64,000 bases of DNA from Moniliella sp. 'wahieum' (Eukaryota). The notes under the pieces are model-generated. The model was not told where the DNA came from. It did not search any database and saw only the letters and a list, made by a program, of their open reading frames with translations. The position numbers and the translations under genes were made by a program. This document shows, piece by piece, positions 27,099 to 41,108 of the stretch. Position 1 is the first letter of the stretch, and each line of letters starts with the position of its first letter. The DNA is taken from the NCBI GenBank assembly GCA_003971905.1, contig RSEE01000036.1:124001-188000 (forward strand). The letters are read 5' to 3'.

Positions 27099-30000
27099 AT
27101 GGTACGTCGCCCTGCCCCCCCACCATCCCCCACGCTGACCCCCCACCCCCCCAGTCATCGCTCAACGTCAAGGATGCGCTCGAGTACCTCGACCAGGTCA
27201 AGGTCCAGTTTGCTGATCACCCGATGTGTACAACCGCTTCCTCGACATCATGAAGGACTTCAAGAGCCAGGCATCGACACCCCCGGCGTCATCGAGCGCG
27301 TCTCTGCTCTGTTCCAGGGCCATGCCGCGCTCATCCAGGGCTTCAACACCTTCCTCCCGCCCGGCTACCACATCGACTGCTCCCAAGAGACCAACATGAT
27401 CACCGTCACCACCCCCACCGGCACGATGACTGCCCAGGGCGGCATTGGCCTCGCCGGCGCCCTGTCCCGCGTCAATGCGGCTGCCATGGCCAATGTCGTC
27501 CCCGACCCGCTGCCACCGCCGCCGCCCCAGCCCATCTCCCCCACCGACCCATGCCCACCAGCGTGCCCCCGCGCCCTCGCACCCCATGCCTCCGGCCGTA
27601 GCGCACACAAGCCCCGTCACGCACCCGCACCAGCCCGCAATCGGGTACGGCCCAGTCGGGTACCCCATCCAGCCCGGCCTGCCGGGACCAGGCTACTCGA
27701 ACGGCAATAGCCATCCCGCTCCTGGTACGTACTGACCTGCCCTGTCAACTCTGCTTCTCCCCTCCTTTCCGCTTGGGCGTGGTTTCTAATATTCTCCCCC
27801 AGCTCCTACTACGCCCGGTGGTACAAGTGGAACCGGCGTGCTGGCCCAGCCCCCTTCGGGCCCGCCCGTGCCGCACGATGGCAGTCGCGCCCCCCTTGAG
27901 TTCAACCATGCCATCAACTAGTCAATAAGATCAAACAACGCTTCAACGCGGCGCCGGACACGTACCGTCAGTTCCTCGAGATCCTCCAAGCCTACCAGCG
28001 CGGCTCGCGCCCCATCCAAGAAGTCTATGCCGAAGTCACCCATCTCTTTGGGAATGACAAGGACTTGCTCCACGAGTTCCGTCAGTTCCTCCCTGACAAC
28101 AACCAAGGTGGTGGTGAGGGTGGTGGCGGGGGGGCTGCTGCGGGCGGCCTTTTTGGTGCCATGCCCACCCCCGCAGCCCCACCGGCCCGAAGCCTTTAAT
28201 CATGGTCTCCCTCCGTACCCTCCTGCGGAACCACCAGTTCGTCCTCGTGCTTTCGGCGCCAAAGCAAAGAAGAGGAGCGCCCCCGATTCCGCTGTCCCGG
28301 CCGCGAGCGCCGAATCTCGAGGCAAGCGAGCCAAACACGGTTACACAGCCCCCTGAGCCAGAGACGGTGTACAACCAGTTGTGTACCCAGAAGAGACGGT
28401 CGTGCCCGTGCAAGCGGGCGAGCCGGCTTATGCAGCATCCATTGATGCGACCTGGTACCCTGCCGAGGCAGTGTTTGGGTGCGGCTTGAACCCCGAACGG
28501 CAGAGCCAAAGGAGACCATGTTGGCTTCGTTGGGCGAGGTGGCGCTCTTTGACCGGATCAAGCGCATATTGATGGGAAGCGGCTTACACCGAGTTTCTCA
28601 ACTTCTCCAGCTGTTCTCCCAAGACGTCATTGACGCACGTCTTTTGCTGGACCAAGTCGCCTTGTTCATCGGGAACAACCCTGATCTGTTCGGCATGTTC
28701 TGCCACATGGTCGGATACGACCAAGGCAAGGACGACTGGCTTACCAGCGTGCCGCCTACCATTGCCAACATACCCGTCCAGCGCCGCAACCCCGTGATCC
28801 CGGGACTGTACAAGGCTTATGGTCCATCTTACCACCGCCTCCCACGGTTCGAGTCCAACTTGTCTTGCAGTGGCAGAGATGCGCTGTGTTGGTCGGTGCT
28901 CAACGATTCCTTCCTCAGCACTCCACTTTTCTCCTCCGAGTCGGAAGGGTTCATGCCCCATCGGAAGAATGTGTATGAGACCGCCCTCTTTATCTCAGAG
29001 GAAGAGCGGCACGAGTTTGATCATCACATTGAACTCAACCTACGCACCATTGAGCTTCTCATCCCCTCGTCGCCCGGTTGGAGAAGATGCCGGCTGCGAG
29101 CGCGAGGCTGCTCGGCTCCCCAAGGACTTGGGTGCGGCCAGCCCGACGATTCACGAGCGGGTGGTCAAGAAGGTGTATGGCAAAGAGGCGGGGCTGGAAA
29201 TCCTCGCTGCCATGTCGGAGTCTCCAGCAGTCACGCTCCCTATTGTATTGGACCGGCTTAAGGCGACGGACCAAGCATGGCGTGCCGGGCAGAGGGAGTG
29301 GAACAAGGTGTGGCACGAGGTGGACTTGCGCAACTTTTACAAGAGCCTGGACCATCAGGGCAAAGACTTTAAGGTCAACGATAAGCGCGCCACTACGAGC
29401 AAGGCCTTTGTGGCCGAGATCGAAGCGGTGCGTTCTCACCAGTTGGCGCAACACCAAGCTGCCTCGCGGCATGAGCGAGCCCAGGCGATCGAGCTGGGTC
29501 GGCCCGAACAAGCACAGCAAGTCTGTGCTTGGCCCTGCTACCAACATGCGGTTAAGATGGGCGATAAGGGTGTGTTTTCCGACGTGCTCAAAATGTGCTT
29601 TTCCCATCTGGACCGGGCAACGAACTACAGCAAACCCGACATGGAGAGGATCGAATCCTTCTTACGTTCCTTTGGACCACTCATCTTTGGGATTGACCCA
29701 GCCGAGGTAGAAGCATGGGTCACGCCTCTGCGTTCGGTTGATGAAGACGAGGAGATGTCCTCTACCAAAGACGATGGCGATGAGGCTGATCCCCATGGTT
29801 CTGCAACCGACCCTCTGCCTGAACGGGTGAAGCTCCCAAGCCGGACAACTCGGCTGCAATCTCATCCACCCCCCCTGCCGAGGAACACACGATTGATACG
29901 TGGATGCGATTCGGCGCGTTTGAGCAACCTGGCACTGTCCCGTCCAAGGACAAGTCGGGGCTCCCGGCCGACATGGACTCGCTCTTTTTCTATGCCAACA

Positions 30001-31221
30001 CGCAACTTTTGTGTTTGTCAAGCTGTTTGAATTGCTCTCTACGCGTCTGAGCGCGCTCAAAACAGCGTCTGAGAAGCGAGCACAGGTATACCCCTCCCAC
30101 CAACGCGTCAACCCTGTCGCCGTCGCACTGGGGCTTCAGGACCCTAGTACCGGCCCCAGTGCAGTGGTAGGAGCCATGGCATGTGCAGCGCATGAAAACC
30201 CGGACCAGCAAGCCGGCTTCTTCCTCCATCCACGACACTACTATGGCACGCTTCTTCAAATGTGCGAGAGATTATTTGATGGCGAACTGGATCAGTCCTC
30301 TTTTGAGGAAGCGGCGCGGTTCATGTTTGACATTGATGCTTACCCCATCTTTACCGTGGACAAGGTGGTGAGCGGGTTGGTCAAAGCGGTTCGTCTTGTT
30401 TTCTTGTTGGCTTCTTAGCACTGTGCTGACCCTTTCCCGTTGCAGGCGCACAACTTGGTCACTGACCAACGCTCGCTTGCCCTAATCGAACAAGTTGACG
30501 TTTCTCGTGCCCGGACGACCGCGGCAGCCAAGGCGCTGCGTGGCGACCCAGCAACGCAAGGGCCTTGGTCGAGTGGTACCGCAGCCTAATCGACCAGCGG
30601 ATGGCCTCGGAGGGCATTCTGGCTGCCGAAGAAAATTTGTTCCGGATTGTGTGGAACGAGTCGAGCCATCTGCTCACCTATCAACTTTTGGGACGGAACG
30701 AACTCACGCTGCCCCAAGAAGCGACATCCAAACGCAACAAGTTACTCTACTACATGGCGGCCTATGCCTCGTGGTACCCCACCGAGGGACTGCCAAGAAC
30801 CGCGGTCGCCGGCTTACTCCCACAGAACCTTGCTTTGGCCGGCCAGCCCAAATCCAAACACGTCTCCACTGCAGGAGAGGGGGAGGGCACCGACGGGTCT
30901 GGGTCCAAAGCGCAGCCGCCCCCCGAACACGTTACGTTTACTTCACAGCACGGTATCGAGGGCGAGATTGATCCGCACACGTGTCGTCTGCGCTTTGAGC
31001 AGGGGCAAGACGATTTGATGGTCCGTCATTGGCCCCGCGCCGAGATGGACGCTCGTACGGCCGGACTGGTGGCCAGCCGATCGCGCAAGGAAGCTAAGTT
31101 GGCTGCCTGGCTCACCAAGCGGATTGGCGCTGTGGCATCCGTTCCAGCTCCTGTTCCTCCCGAGGAAGGGGAAGGGGAGGAACCAATGGACTTGGACGAC
31201 ATGGAGGACAAGAGCACATGA
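27099..31221 (+). CDS. SIN3: Sin3 histone-deacetylase corepressor scaffold (PAH1-3, HID, C-terminal domain), frameshifted
   Basis: ATG-only first coding exon then intron 27102-27154; [48 protein letters not shown](Y)[41 protein letters not shown]; introns 27725-27802 and 30389-30445. Confidence 0.96.
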
Positions 31222-31225
31222 CCGC

Positions 31226-31282
31226 ATCCTACCCTACCCTACCCTGTCCTACTCTGCCCTGCCCTGCCCTACCTTGCCCTGC
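31226..31282 (+). repeat. Degenerate CCCT(A/G) pentamer tract in the SIN3 3' region
   Basis: accctaccctaccctgtcctactctgccctgccctgccctaccttgccctg. Confidence 0.7.
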
Positions 31283-31844
31283 GTCGCATGGACGTGTACG
31301 AGTCGCGTTCCGTTTTGCTGCCCGTCTTGCCCCATCTGCCTTTATGGCCGGTCCCCTTGCTGCCATCGTCGTTTGCTCTCTGTCGTGTTGTATCCCCCGC
31401 AAAATTGGATTCTGCTTAGACCCTCTGACTCTGTGCTCCGTCCGGGCTAGCCAGGGCCGGACCCGACCTCGTCGCCGGCAGGTCCGGCACCCTCGCCAGT
31501 GTCTTGTCTTGTCTTTTAACACAGTGCCAGCACCATCGTCCGCCATGGTACCATGCCCCTCCAACTTCCTTGAACGTGTGGGGGCATCGCTCTCGTATAC
31601 AATGAGAGAAAGGGCGTAGAACAGACGAGGCAGTGCTCGGGACCACCGCTACCGTGGGCGCAGTCGTATAACGTGTGGTTCTGGTCCGATGCTGGTCTGC
31701 AGTATTGCAAACGCAATGCGGTTACTAGCCTCTCCTACACCAACTACCTATCCCACCCCCTCCGCAAACAGAACAGCCATGGCAAACGTTAACACCGGTA
31801 GCACGAATGCACCGCCATCAGGAGACAGTCCGATCCCCCTGCGC

Positions 31845-34626
31845 TTAGAGCGCCCGACGCGCAGTGCCATTGGCATCGTTCGCGGTGGCCTCCCAGTGCT
31901 GGCGGGCCGCCTGGCGTTCACTGGCCTCCTTGGCCAACACAGCTGCCGGCTTGAACGCATCGCACGCGGGCCAAGCCTGGTGGGCCAAGGAGAGGTACTC
32001 CTGCACCGCCTCGGCCGGAGCAGCCACCGCCGGGTTCTGCAGCAGCTCCAATCCTTCGACCAAGGCACGTAGATTCGCGTTCTTGTACAGCCCCACATGG
32101 CTGTCAATCTGATCGCGGCGAGAAGGAGCGAGAGGAGCATCCTTCGCCTGCTTGGGCAGAGTCAACAGCAGCTCCGTCACCTCGTCCCTTCGGGCGCTGA
32201 GGCCCCCCTTGCGCGGCGGGGCCAGGAGCAGCAGACCCTGCGCGGCAGCGACAAGATGAGGCGGGGAGTTGGGGTGGGTTTGCACAAACTCGGCGTGCCG
32301 TGCCTCGAGAGAGAGGGAGTGAGCGAAGCGAGCGCGGCGGCGAAAGCCGCCTTGACCGCCTTGCCACCTGCGCTGATGTGGGGCTTGCCCGTGGCCAAAC
32401 GCACCGAGGCAAGGTACAGACCCGGGTGAGTCGGGTCGATTCGCTCGATCTGCTTGGCGGCCCGCACGGCGGCAAACCACGCTTCGGCACGAATCGCCCA
32501 CTCAAACGTGGCGAGCCACGTACCGATCTGGTCTGGGGCAAACTGTTGAAGCTGTTCGCATGTGGTCTGAGCCAGGGCAAGCGGATTCAGCGCCTTGAGC
32601 GCCTCAATGCCCGTCGGATCCGCATCGGGCACCTTGGCTTCCGTGTCCTCGTTGCTAGCATCCGCTTCGGCCTTCTTAGCTGCCTCAGCCTTTTGCTTGG
32701 CCTTGAGTTTTTTCTTCTGTCCAGCCGACAACTTGGGCGCGCCAGCACCCTCCTCCTTGGCGTTGGCATTGGCAATCGCCTTGGCGGCATCCTTCTTACG
32801 TTCAGCTTCTGCCACTTCTTGCTGAACCAGTTCCGGGTGGTCATGCAGCTTGCAGCACAGCTCAACCGTCTGCAGCTCCGCCTTGAGTGCGGCGGGATGA
32901 GCACGAGTGCTGTCCCACCATTCAATCGCACGCAAGTAGCTCCGCAAGTTAAACTTGCGAACCGCCCAACCATGGAAGTCGACCTGTTCGACCCAAAGCT
33001 GCTCTTTGGTGTCTTGGATGTTGCCCAAGCGCTTGATCGCCATCGCATACTGGCCCTTGCGCAACAGAGCAGCCACTTCTTCCGACATGAACCAAAACGC
33101 TTGCATGTCGATCAAGTCGGCCGTCGGGGTAGCGGCGGTCTTCATGGTAAACTTGCCCGCCAAGTCAATGGCCGTTTGGACGTCATCAATCCGTAACGCG
33201 TACTTGACCGACTTGCAATTCACGTACCGGTCCTGCCCATCCAATAAACGTGCCGTCTCAGCAGCATCGGCAGCGTGCAGGTCTCCTGTGCGCTTCAGGA
33301 TGCGTGCCTGGGTCATATAGAGCTCAGTGAGCGTGGGGGTGTGGGCAATGGCAGACTGGATATACGCCTTGGCTCGGTCTGCATCGCCAATGTACGAGTA
33401 GTGTTGCGCCAAAAAGTACAGACTCCAAAGGTAGGCCGAAGGCGACTCTGTCTCGTCGTCCTCCGTTCCCGCAGCAGCCTCTTGCCAGGCGAGACGATGC
33501 TTTTCGGCCATGGCGCCAATAAAGACTCGCTTGTCGGGCTGGGCATAATACTGCTTGAGCGAGTTGAACAGCGATGGCACACCTTTCTGGCACGCTCGCA
33601 CAAAGTGCGTGTCTACCCGCTTCTCAAACTCGGGTCCTGACAGCAGCTTCAGCGCCGCGGCACGGATCGCCAAGCTGTCGGGCCAGGTTGTCTCAAGTTT
33701 TTCCAAGACAGGAAGTACCTCCGCTTCCGAGACATCCTTGGCCGAGTCAATGCCCTTGGCCATCAGGTAGCCTTGAACGTACGCGGCGGAATGGGGGTTG
33801 CGTTCCAACAAGAAGTGGAACGCTTCCGCCGCCTCGGCCGCCTTTCCAAGCTTGAGCAAGACCTGGCCCTTGAGCTCAACGCGGGCGTTCAAGTCAACAA
33901 TTTCTGGCGCGTGCAGGTCGAGCAAATCGATTGCCTCCTCGTACCGCTCAAGCTCGATGAGCAAAGTGGCATGGTAGAGCCAGGTCTCCGACTGATCAAA
34001 CGACTTGGGCGGTTGCTCCTGCAAAGCGAAAGAACATGTTAGTCCTTGTGCCTGGGGAAAGGAAATGGCAACGCACGTGGATCACATCCTCATACTCCTC
34101 CATCACCCGGACAGCCTGTGGCAGGCTGCCGGCCATGTGGTGGGCAAGAGCAAACAGGACCCAGCTGGTGCGCATGTGGGGCATCATGCGAAGCGCCGTG
34201 AGGCGCAGTTCGACAATGGGGGCGTAATGGCGCAGCATCGTCGACATGAGCGCAATCTCGCGGACAATCATGCCGTTGTTGGGGTCGATGCGGGAGGCTT
34301 GGCTGTAGGCCTTGAGCGCCTCGGCATAGTTGCGGTTCTTGCGGTTGCAAATGGCGAGGGCGTGCCAGCAGAGGAAGGAGCGGGGGTTGTTGCGCACCGC
34401 ACGAGCAGCCAACTCGACGCTCTCCTTCTGGGTGGAAGGAAACTGGGCATGGCAGAGCGCCTTGACGGCGAGCGCATCGGCATGCTCGGGATGGACAGCG
34501 AGGATCGGCGGCCAGCTTGAGGGCGGACTTGAACTTGCTGCTGTCAAACAGCTGGATGGACTCGCGCAGCTTGTCGAGCTCCGCATTGGACAGATGGGGC
34601 TGCCGCGCCCCGGCCGCTCTCGACAT
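31845..34626 (-). CDS. NAT1: NatA N-terminal acetyltransferase auxiliary subunit (TPR)
   Basis: HPEHADAL..CWHALAI..NYAEALKAY, intron 34019-34076, FDQSETWLY, KGVPSLF, LWSLYFLAQHY, AIAHTPTLTELY..ARILK, LDGQDRYVNCK, DMQAFWF, QVDFHG. Confidence 0.95.
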
Positions 34627-35020
34627 GGTTTTGGAGAAGAGGCGGAGGAGACGGGGAGGGAGTACGATGGTGGTGGGGGGGGAAGCGTGGGCAGACGTGC
34701 CTTCCTTCACTGGGGCGCTGAGCTGGAGCGCTGACACTGAACATTCAAGCTTCAAGCCGGGAGAGGCGCTGCTGCCATGAGATTCTGGCGCTGCAAACTG
34801 CCCACCGCTGCCCAGTGCCGCCGCACGGGCGGGCATGCGAAGGAACGTCGATCTAATTCCGCGGCTTTCCGCACACTGGCGTCGATTTCAGTCTAATCTA
34901 ATTTCAGTGCAACGACGCCCCCGCCCCTGGCCTTAGCGGGGCGTGCGTAGCTCCGGTGTCCCGACAACAGCTATCCATCCGATGGATCAACTTGTTCATC
35001 GGCCATCAGCCAGCGCGCAG

Positions 35021-35102
35021 CCGTCCATCGTCCATCCCCCATCGTCCACCGTCCATCCCCCATCGTCCACCGTCCATCCCCCATCGCCCATCGCCCATCG
35101 CC
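35021..35102 (+). repeat. Tandem repeat with 7-bp base unit and 21-bp higher-order unit (ccatcgt/ccaccgt/ccatccc)
   Basis: cgtccatcccccatcgtccac repeated, decaying into ccatcgc. Confidence 0.8.
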
Positions 35103-35132
35103 GACCACCCCCTGGCTCTCACATCGCGCATC

Positions 35133-37166
35133 TCACGCATCGCAGTTGCGCCACACCGGCGGCATGTTGGGCAGCTGAAGCAGCCGGAACACATCCGCCT
35201 CGGTCGGCGTTGGGATCAGCTGCTCCCCCGCGCGCGTCACCAGGCCATCCGAGTGGAACTTGTACCCCAGTTGTTTCGCCCGTCTGCGCAGGTCGCGCTC
35301 AAACAACTTGGACCCCGTCCAGCCCACCAGCATCGCCCCATACACTTCACGCCGACAGAACATAAGGTCCACCCGGCGGAAATGAGACGCAAACGTTGCG
35401 TCTTTGTTTCTGTCTGCTCCAGGCGCACGCCCAGGCGGGAGCTTGATCACCAGCTCTGCCACGGCCATGTGCTCCAGGTAGGGATCCTGCTCATTGCCCG
35501 AGACAGAGATGTAGTGTTTGAGGTAGCCCTTGTCCTTGAGCGCACTGAGCAGCTGCTGAATGTGTCGCCATTCCAACACGTCCCCCGCTTTGGCCCCCGG
35601 GCGAGAAGTAAAGATGATGTCAACGTCCCCCGAAGAAGGCTTGCCGCGACGATAGCTTCCCACAATAACCCTTTCGGCGGGATAGATGTCGTCCATCACA
35701 CCACCAAGAACCTCTGCAATGTATTCCATCTCGGCCCGGCTGATGCGGGAGCGCAAGTCAGGGAGAATGGCAAGTGCTTCATCCACGCTGATCGCGTACT
35801 TGCCCTTGCCCACGGGGCTCCATACCCCTGCGGTGATCAGGTCATCAACGGTGCGGAACCCTTCGGCCCATAACTTTCGTGCCGTCGCAGGCCCAATACG
35901 GTACACCTCAGTCATCGCCTTCAGCGCTGCGAAGGCCGGATCTTGGCTAACTAGCTCGGCCTCTGGCAAATAGCCCAGCTTGGCCACCTGGGCTACCTGC
36001 GCCGATATTTTGGCCCCTACCCCCTTGAGGTGCGCGGCTTCCTCAGGGTGAGCCATAAGGTCGCCCGGGTACGACTTGATCATGCTCAAGGCCTTGCTGT
36101 GGGAGAGGGCGGATCGAGTATCGCCGACAAACTCCCGTTGCTGTTCAATCAAGGCCAAGGCATCGACAATCTGTTGGTTGTGGGCCGACTTTAAGGGTGT
36201 CGGACGCTCACATGCGTACTCTGAGTTCTTCCAACGCGGGGGTGGGGTCAGGCTGATGCTCATCCCGGGTACATAGGCAGGCAGAGCCACCCCGGCATTT
36301 CGGGCCACTTGAGCAAACTCCTCGACGACATCCACAGGAGGGGGCGTAGTGGCCGTCTTGTTGGTGAGTGTGGCCCGGGAACTACGTTTGGGCCTCGGAG
36401 ATGTACCCTCAGGGCTGATTGGCCGTTTCCTAACCACAGTCTTGCCCTTATTTTTAGCGGTTTTGGGGGACGATTCCTCGTCGGGGATAGTCGCATCCGA
36501 GTCACTTGCCGATGCACGTTCCGTACCAGAGTGTTCAGAGGACGAAGGGTTCGGCGGGGTAGACGCGGCGGGCTGTTTACCTTTGTCAGGTTCTTGACCG
36601 GATGGGTAAATCCGGAAGGGCTCAAAGTCGGCCAGTACCCCCTGCTTGGCACACGTTCGGAGCCAGTCAAAATGGACAATGATTTTCGACTTCATTTCCT
36701 TTTGCCACGCTCTGTATACTTTTCCCGTTCCTTTGTTGTCTGAGCCAATGCCTCTTGCTCTGACTTGCCGGACGCCTCAGCGCCTTGGAGCGGTCGGAGA
36801 TCAAGGCCAGAGCCTTGTCTCGATACTTCAGGTTAAGCCGTCCAATTTCGCGCTCCACCCGCTTGGGCGCCCAACTTCCAGACACGACAATATTGGAATC
36901 TGGGTAAGTTGAGGATATGCCACCGAGCTCATCGACGAGAGTCCACATCTCATACGTGTCCTCCTGTGACTGATCAATGGGAAGAACAAAAATCCCTGGT
37001 TGTTGTGTTGTGCATGAGGTCAGATTGAGTATTAAAGAACTAGACAAAAGTGGGACACGTACGAGTGCTGGGGGATAAGACGCGTGAACCTAGAAACGCA
37101 GAACGGGAAGATTGGAGTCTCTGTGGGTTGAGCACTGTTTTGCTCTGGGGTGAGACGAGAGTACAT
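35133..37166 (-). CDS. X-family DNA polymerase (Pol4/Pol mu/lambda-like) with N-terminal BRCT
   Basis: IVHFDWL BRCT end, YACERPTPL..N, LKGVGAKI, IGPATARK, IVGSYRRGKPSSGDVDIIFT, RRVDL, GWTGSKLFERDLRR; intron 36996-37062; start approximate. Confidence 0.93.
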
Positions 37167-39614
37167 TGTCGCGTGGGGTGCGAGTGCGGCGGGGGGGTCG
37201 GGCACTGGAGGGAGACGTGGATGTGGATGAAGACATCGCAGATGGGGCAGAGAACCTGGGAAACGGACAGCGGGGGGGGCTGCGGACCGCCGGTAGCAGC
37301 AGCGGCCGAGCAAGCAAGGAGATAAAAGTGGCGGGGTAACGAAAAGTGGCGGAGCGCATGGGGAATCGGTGCATATTGTGTGGCGGGTGTCACCCTTGCG
37401 ATTAGTGACTAGTGGGTGCTGAGGCGCTGAGGAGAGTATATATGGCGAGGATGCCGTCTTCGATAATCGGTAATCGATCCCGATTACGACAACAGGCTTT
37501 GTTGATCCAGTGCGGGTTAAAAGATCAGCTCTTCAAAAGCCAACAAAGCGACCCACAACGTTCAGCCTCAGCACAATCAACCGAAAATGAGAACTGCTGA
37601 GAAGTGACTAGTGAGATCTGAGTTCTGAGAGCGCTGCGCCTCACGTGCAAGGAGCAGCTGACGGGTTGGAACAGTGAGTGGTGGCAGGAGAGTGGATGAG
37701 AAGAGAGACTGGGAGCATATTGAGAGGGGTCTTTAAATACGAATGCAAATGGCTGCGGAACAATTCGAGCGAATGAGCAGCAGCTGACTGAGTCGGTAGT
37801 CCCGGCGGTGGCATTATGCATTTTAGTGATCATCAGCAATCGACAATCATCGATTTTGATCGAAACGCAAACGGACCCAGGGGCTATTACGCACAACGGT
37901 CAGCTATATTTCCCCGTCCTTAGCCTGTTTTGGTATTTTGCTTCTTTTTGCTCGGGACACAGGTTAAGCATCGCTTCTTCCGACTTCAATTGCATACATT
38001 GTGTACCGGAAGGTGGTATACACGGGGCAACCGCAAACGCTTTCGGAATAAACGCTTGAAGGACGAGCTGCTTCGACTGTCGGAGAAAGAGCGCACGTGG
38101 ATTACCACGAGGAAGTACTACATACCACAGAGAGGGAGAACAGAGGGATGCATTCACACGACGCATTTCTAGCATCGACTCGCGCTACAATCCGCGATTT
38201 TTGAAAGCGCATGACAAAAAGAAGAGCCACAGGGTCTGGCCTGCTTGCGACTGCATTGTGTGGTCTTCTGAATGTGGGTTAGCATGAGCAGGCAGCACAC
38301 GCAGGATGAGCGAGTCTGTAGTAGGAGAAGCGTTTCATAACCTTTGTAAATTGTAGATGAAGATCCGCCATGAACATGTCTAGGCACAACAGGGGGTTTT
38401 TTGTGCAGTGAACATCGATCTTCGTATATATGGTACGCGGTCCAGACGGCATCTGTCCGATTCCGCAGGCTCCACATAAGGTCCTGGGCCAATATAAGCC
38501 TCAGCTAGCTCTGTAATAATATCATCGACCATCTCCTTCGACTTCTGCCCTTAGTGCCAACACAACTACGTCCGTTGCAGATCGTATTCGATTGGATGAT
38601 GTCGATGATGCCTACGCTCACATAGTCCAGGTTTTCACGTCCAAAAATTGTTTTAGGCTCAACATTATTCCTATGCCTGCAGTTCATACACCAGGCATCA
38701 GGCATCAGGTCTCAGGCTCTCAAGCCTGGCTCAGGCCTCACCGGTCACCAGGCATGTGAGCCTCACGTTCAAGTCTGCTTCAATGCCTTTGCATTAAGGC
38801 TGATGCGCTCCTGTTCAATATAGGCTCGCGCTTGCTTGTGTTTTGGTCCACCACCTTCAAGCTTCACTACATGCTCAGACCCAGGACTCAGACGGCTCGT
38901 CTATAGGACTGCACTCCAGCTGCCCCAGCCCGCACTCCTCGGACGACGGTGCGCCTAAAAAATATCAGATCTCAGAAGGCGATCATAGCAAAGTATCTCT
39001 CATGTAACGCGTAACGTGTAATCAATCCTAGGCACCCGCCACTTACAGTGACAGGAAGCTTCACTTGAGGCTTCAACTTATTGAAGCTTGAAGACTGGTT
39101 GACTCGTGGAGCGCGTGGAGCTAGTGACTAGAGTACAGCTTGAAGGCTTGAAGCTTGAAGCTTGAAAATCACTCACATGTACTCCCACTCACATCTACTG
39201 CCTGTTGGAAGCCGCAAACAGGTGGAAACAACTGAAACAACCGTGCACAAGGCTGCTGCTGTGCTGGCCCTCTGGGCTCAGCCGGAGCGCTGCGCCGCTC
39301 ACCGGTCACCCCCTCACTGCCTCGCCGCCTAGTTGGGATGCCAAATTTGAGGTACAGGAACTTTGAGTAACTCCACACAGGCGCTGTGCTTCTGCGGGCG
39401 AGAATGTCTGGCACATCAGTGGCGGATCCAACTGATGACGTAATTCCAGTTAGGGGGCGACTGCGCCCGTATGGCCCCCTAGCGCACCCTCCCCGAGATG
39501 ATACAGTCGAACTTGGTCTAGTTTTTTCTTTCTTCCGGCCACCGCCAGCTCGTCTTCGTTGCCTCATCTCGTCTGCAGCGCCTCCGCCCGTCGGCCGCCT
39601 TGCGTTTGTTTGCC

Positions 39615-41108
39615 ATGCTGTCTGCTGCTGCCCTTCGACTCGCCGCGTGTACCGCCCGCCCGGGCCTTGTCCGCGGCCTGGCCACTTCGTCCCGCTCTCT
39701 GGCCCTCCAAAAGTTCGCCTTCCCCCCATGTCGCCCACCATGACCGAAGGTGGCATTGCCAAGTGGCACGTCAAGCCTGGCGACAAGTTTGCCTCTGGTG
39801 ATGTGTTGCTCGAGATCGAAACCGACAAGGCTACCATGGATGTCGAGGCTGCTGACGATGGTGTAATGGCCAAGATCATTGTACGTTCTCTACCCCTGCA
39901 ATGCGCACGCCTAATCTGTTGTATTTCGTCTAGGTTGGAGATGGCGCCAAGGACGTTCAGGTCAACAGTGTTATTGCAATTACCGCGGAGGAGGGGATGA
40001 TCTGAGCGGCGTCGACGCCTTGGCAGCTGAGGCCGCCGAAGCAACCCCCGCCCAGCCCGAGGAGCCCAAGCCGGCTGAGCCTGCACCCGAGGCAGCCAAG
40101 TCTGTTGAGCCCGAGAGCAAATCTGCACCCTCCCGCTTCCACTTCTAATGTGCCGTCGGGTGGACGCGTATTTGCCTCGCCTCTGGCCCGTAAAATTGCC
40201 CAGAGAAGGGCATTCCCCTGGCCCAAATCAAGGGTACTGGCCCCAATGGCCGCATTGTCAAGGCTGATGTCGAGGGATACAAGGCCCCCGCTGCTGTTTC
40301 CGCCCAGGCTTCCGCTCCGCTGCCCCCACCCGGCCCCAGCGAAGAGCACTCCCCCACCACCTCCTGCTGCCCCGGGACAGGAGGCTGCCTTTACCGACAT
40401 TCCTGTCACCAACATGCGTCGTACCATTGCTGCTCGCCTGACGGAGAGCAAGCAGCAATTGCCGCACTACTACGTCTCGATCGACGTGGAGATGGACCGT
40501 GTACTGCAACTTCGTGAGCTTTTTAACGCTGCCTCGGCTGAGAAGGCTCGCGGGGACAAGGATGCAATCAGGGCCTCGAAGCTGTCGGTGGGCGACTTTA
40601 TCACTAAGGCTGCCTCGGTTGCACTTCAGCAGGTGCCGGAAGTCAACTCGGCCTGGTACGGCGACATTATTCGTCAACATAATGTGGCTGACATTTCCAT
40701 CGCTGTTGCTACCCCTACCGGTCTGATTACGCCCATTGTACACAACGTGGGTGCAAAGGGCTGGCCTCTATTTCGGCTCGCACCAAGGAGTTGGCCTACA
40801 AGGCTCGTGCGAGCAAGCTTGCTCCGGCTGAGTACCAAGGTGGCACCTTCACCATTTCAAACATGGGCATGTTTGGCATCAGCCACTTTACCGCCATCAT
40901 CAACCCGCCCCAGAGCGCTATTCTGGCCATTGGCGGCACCGACACCCGCATCGTACCCGATGCCTCGTCCGAAAAGGGGTGGAAGAAGGTGAACGTGATG
41001 CAGGCCACCCTGTCGTCGGACCACCGTGTGATTGACGGTGCTACGGCAGCGCGCTGGATGAAGGCGTTCAAGGATACTCTTGAGAACCCTCTGTCGTTCA
41101 TGCTCTAA
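39615..41108 (+). CDS. LAT1: Pyruvate dehydrogenase E2, dihydrolipoamide acetyltransferase
   Basis: [30 protein letters not shown] lipoyl domain, intron 39881-39933, [53 protein letters not shown]. Confidence 0.97.

Noticed and set aside
31226..31245. Telomere-like repeat (ACCCT)
   Set aside because: A pentamer, degenerate and internal; not TTAGGG.
37700..38700. Lower-GC stretch with short ORFs
   Set aside because: No recognisable domain or element ends.
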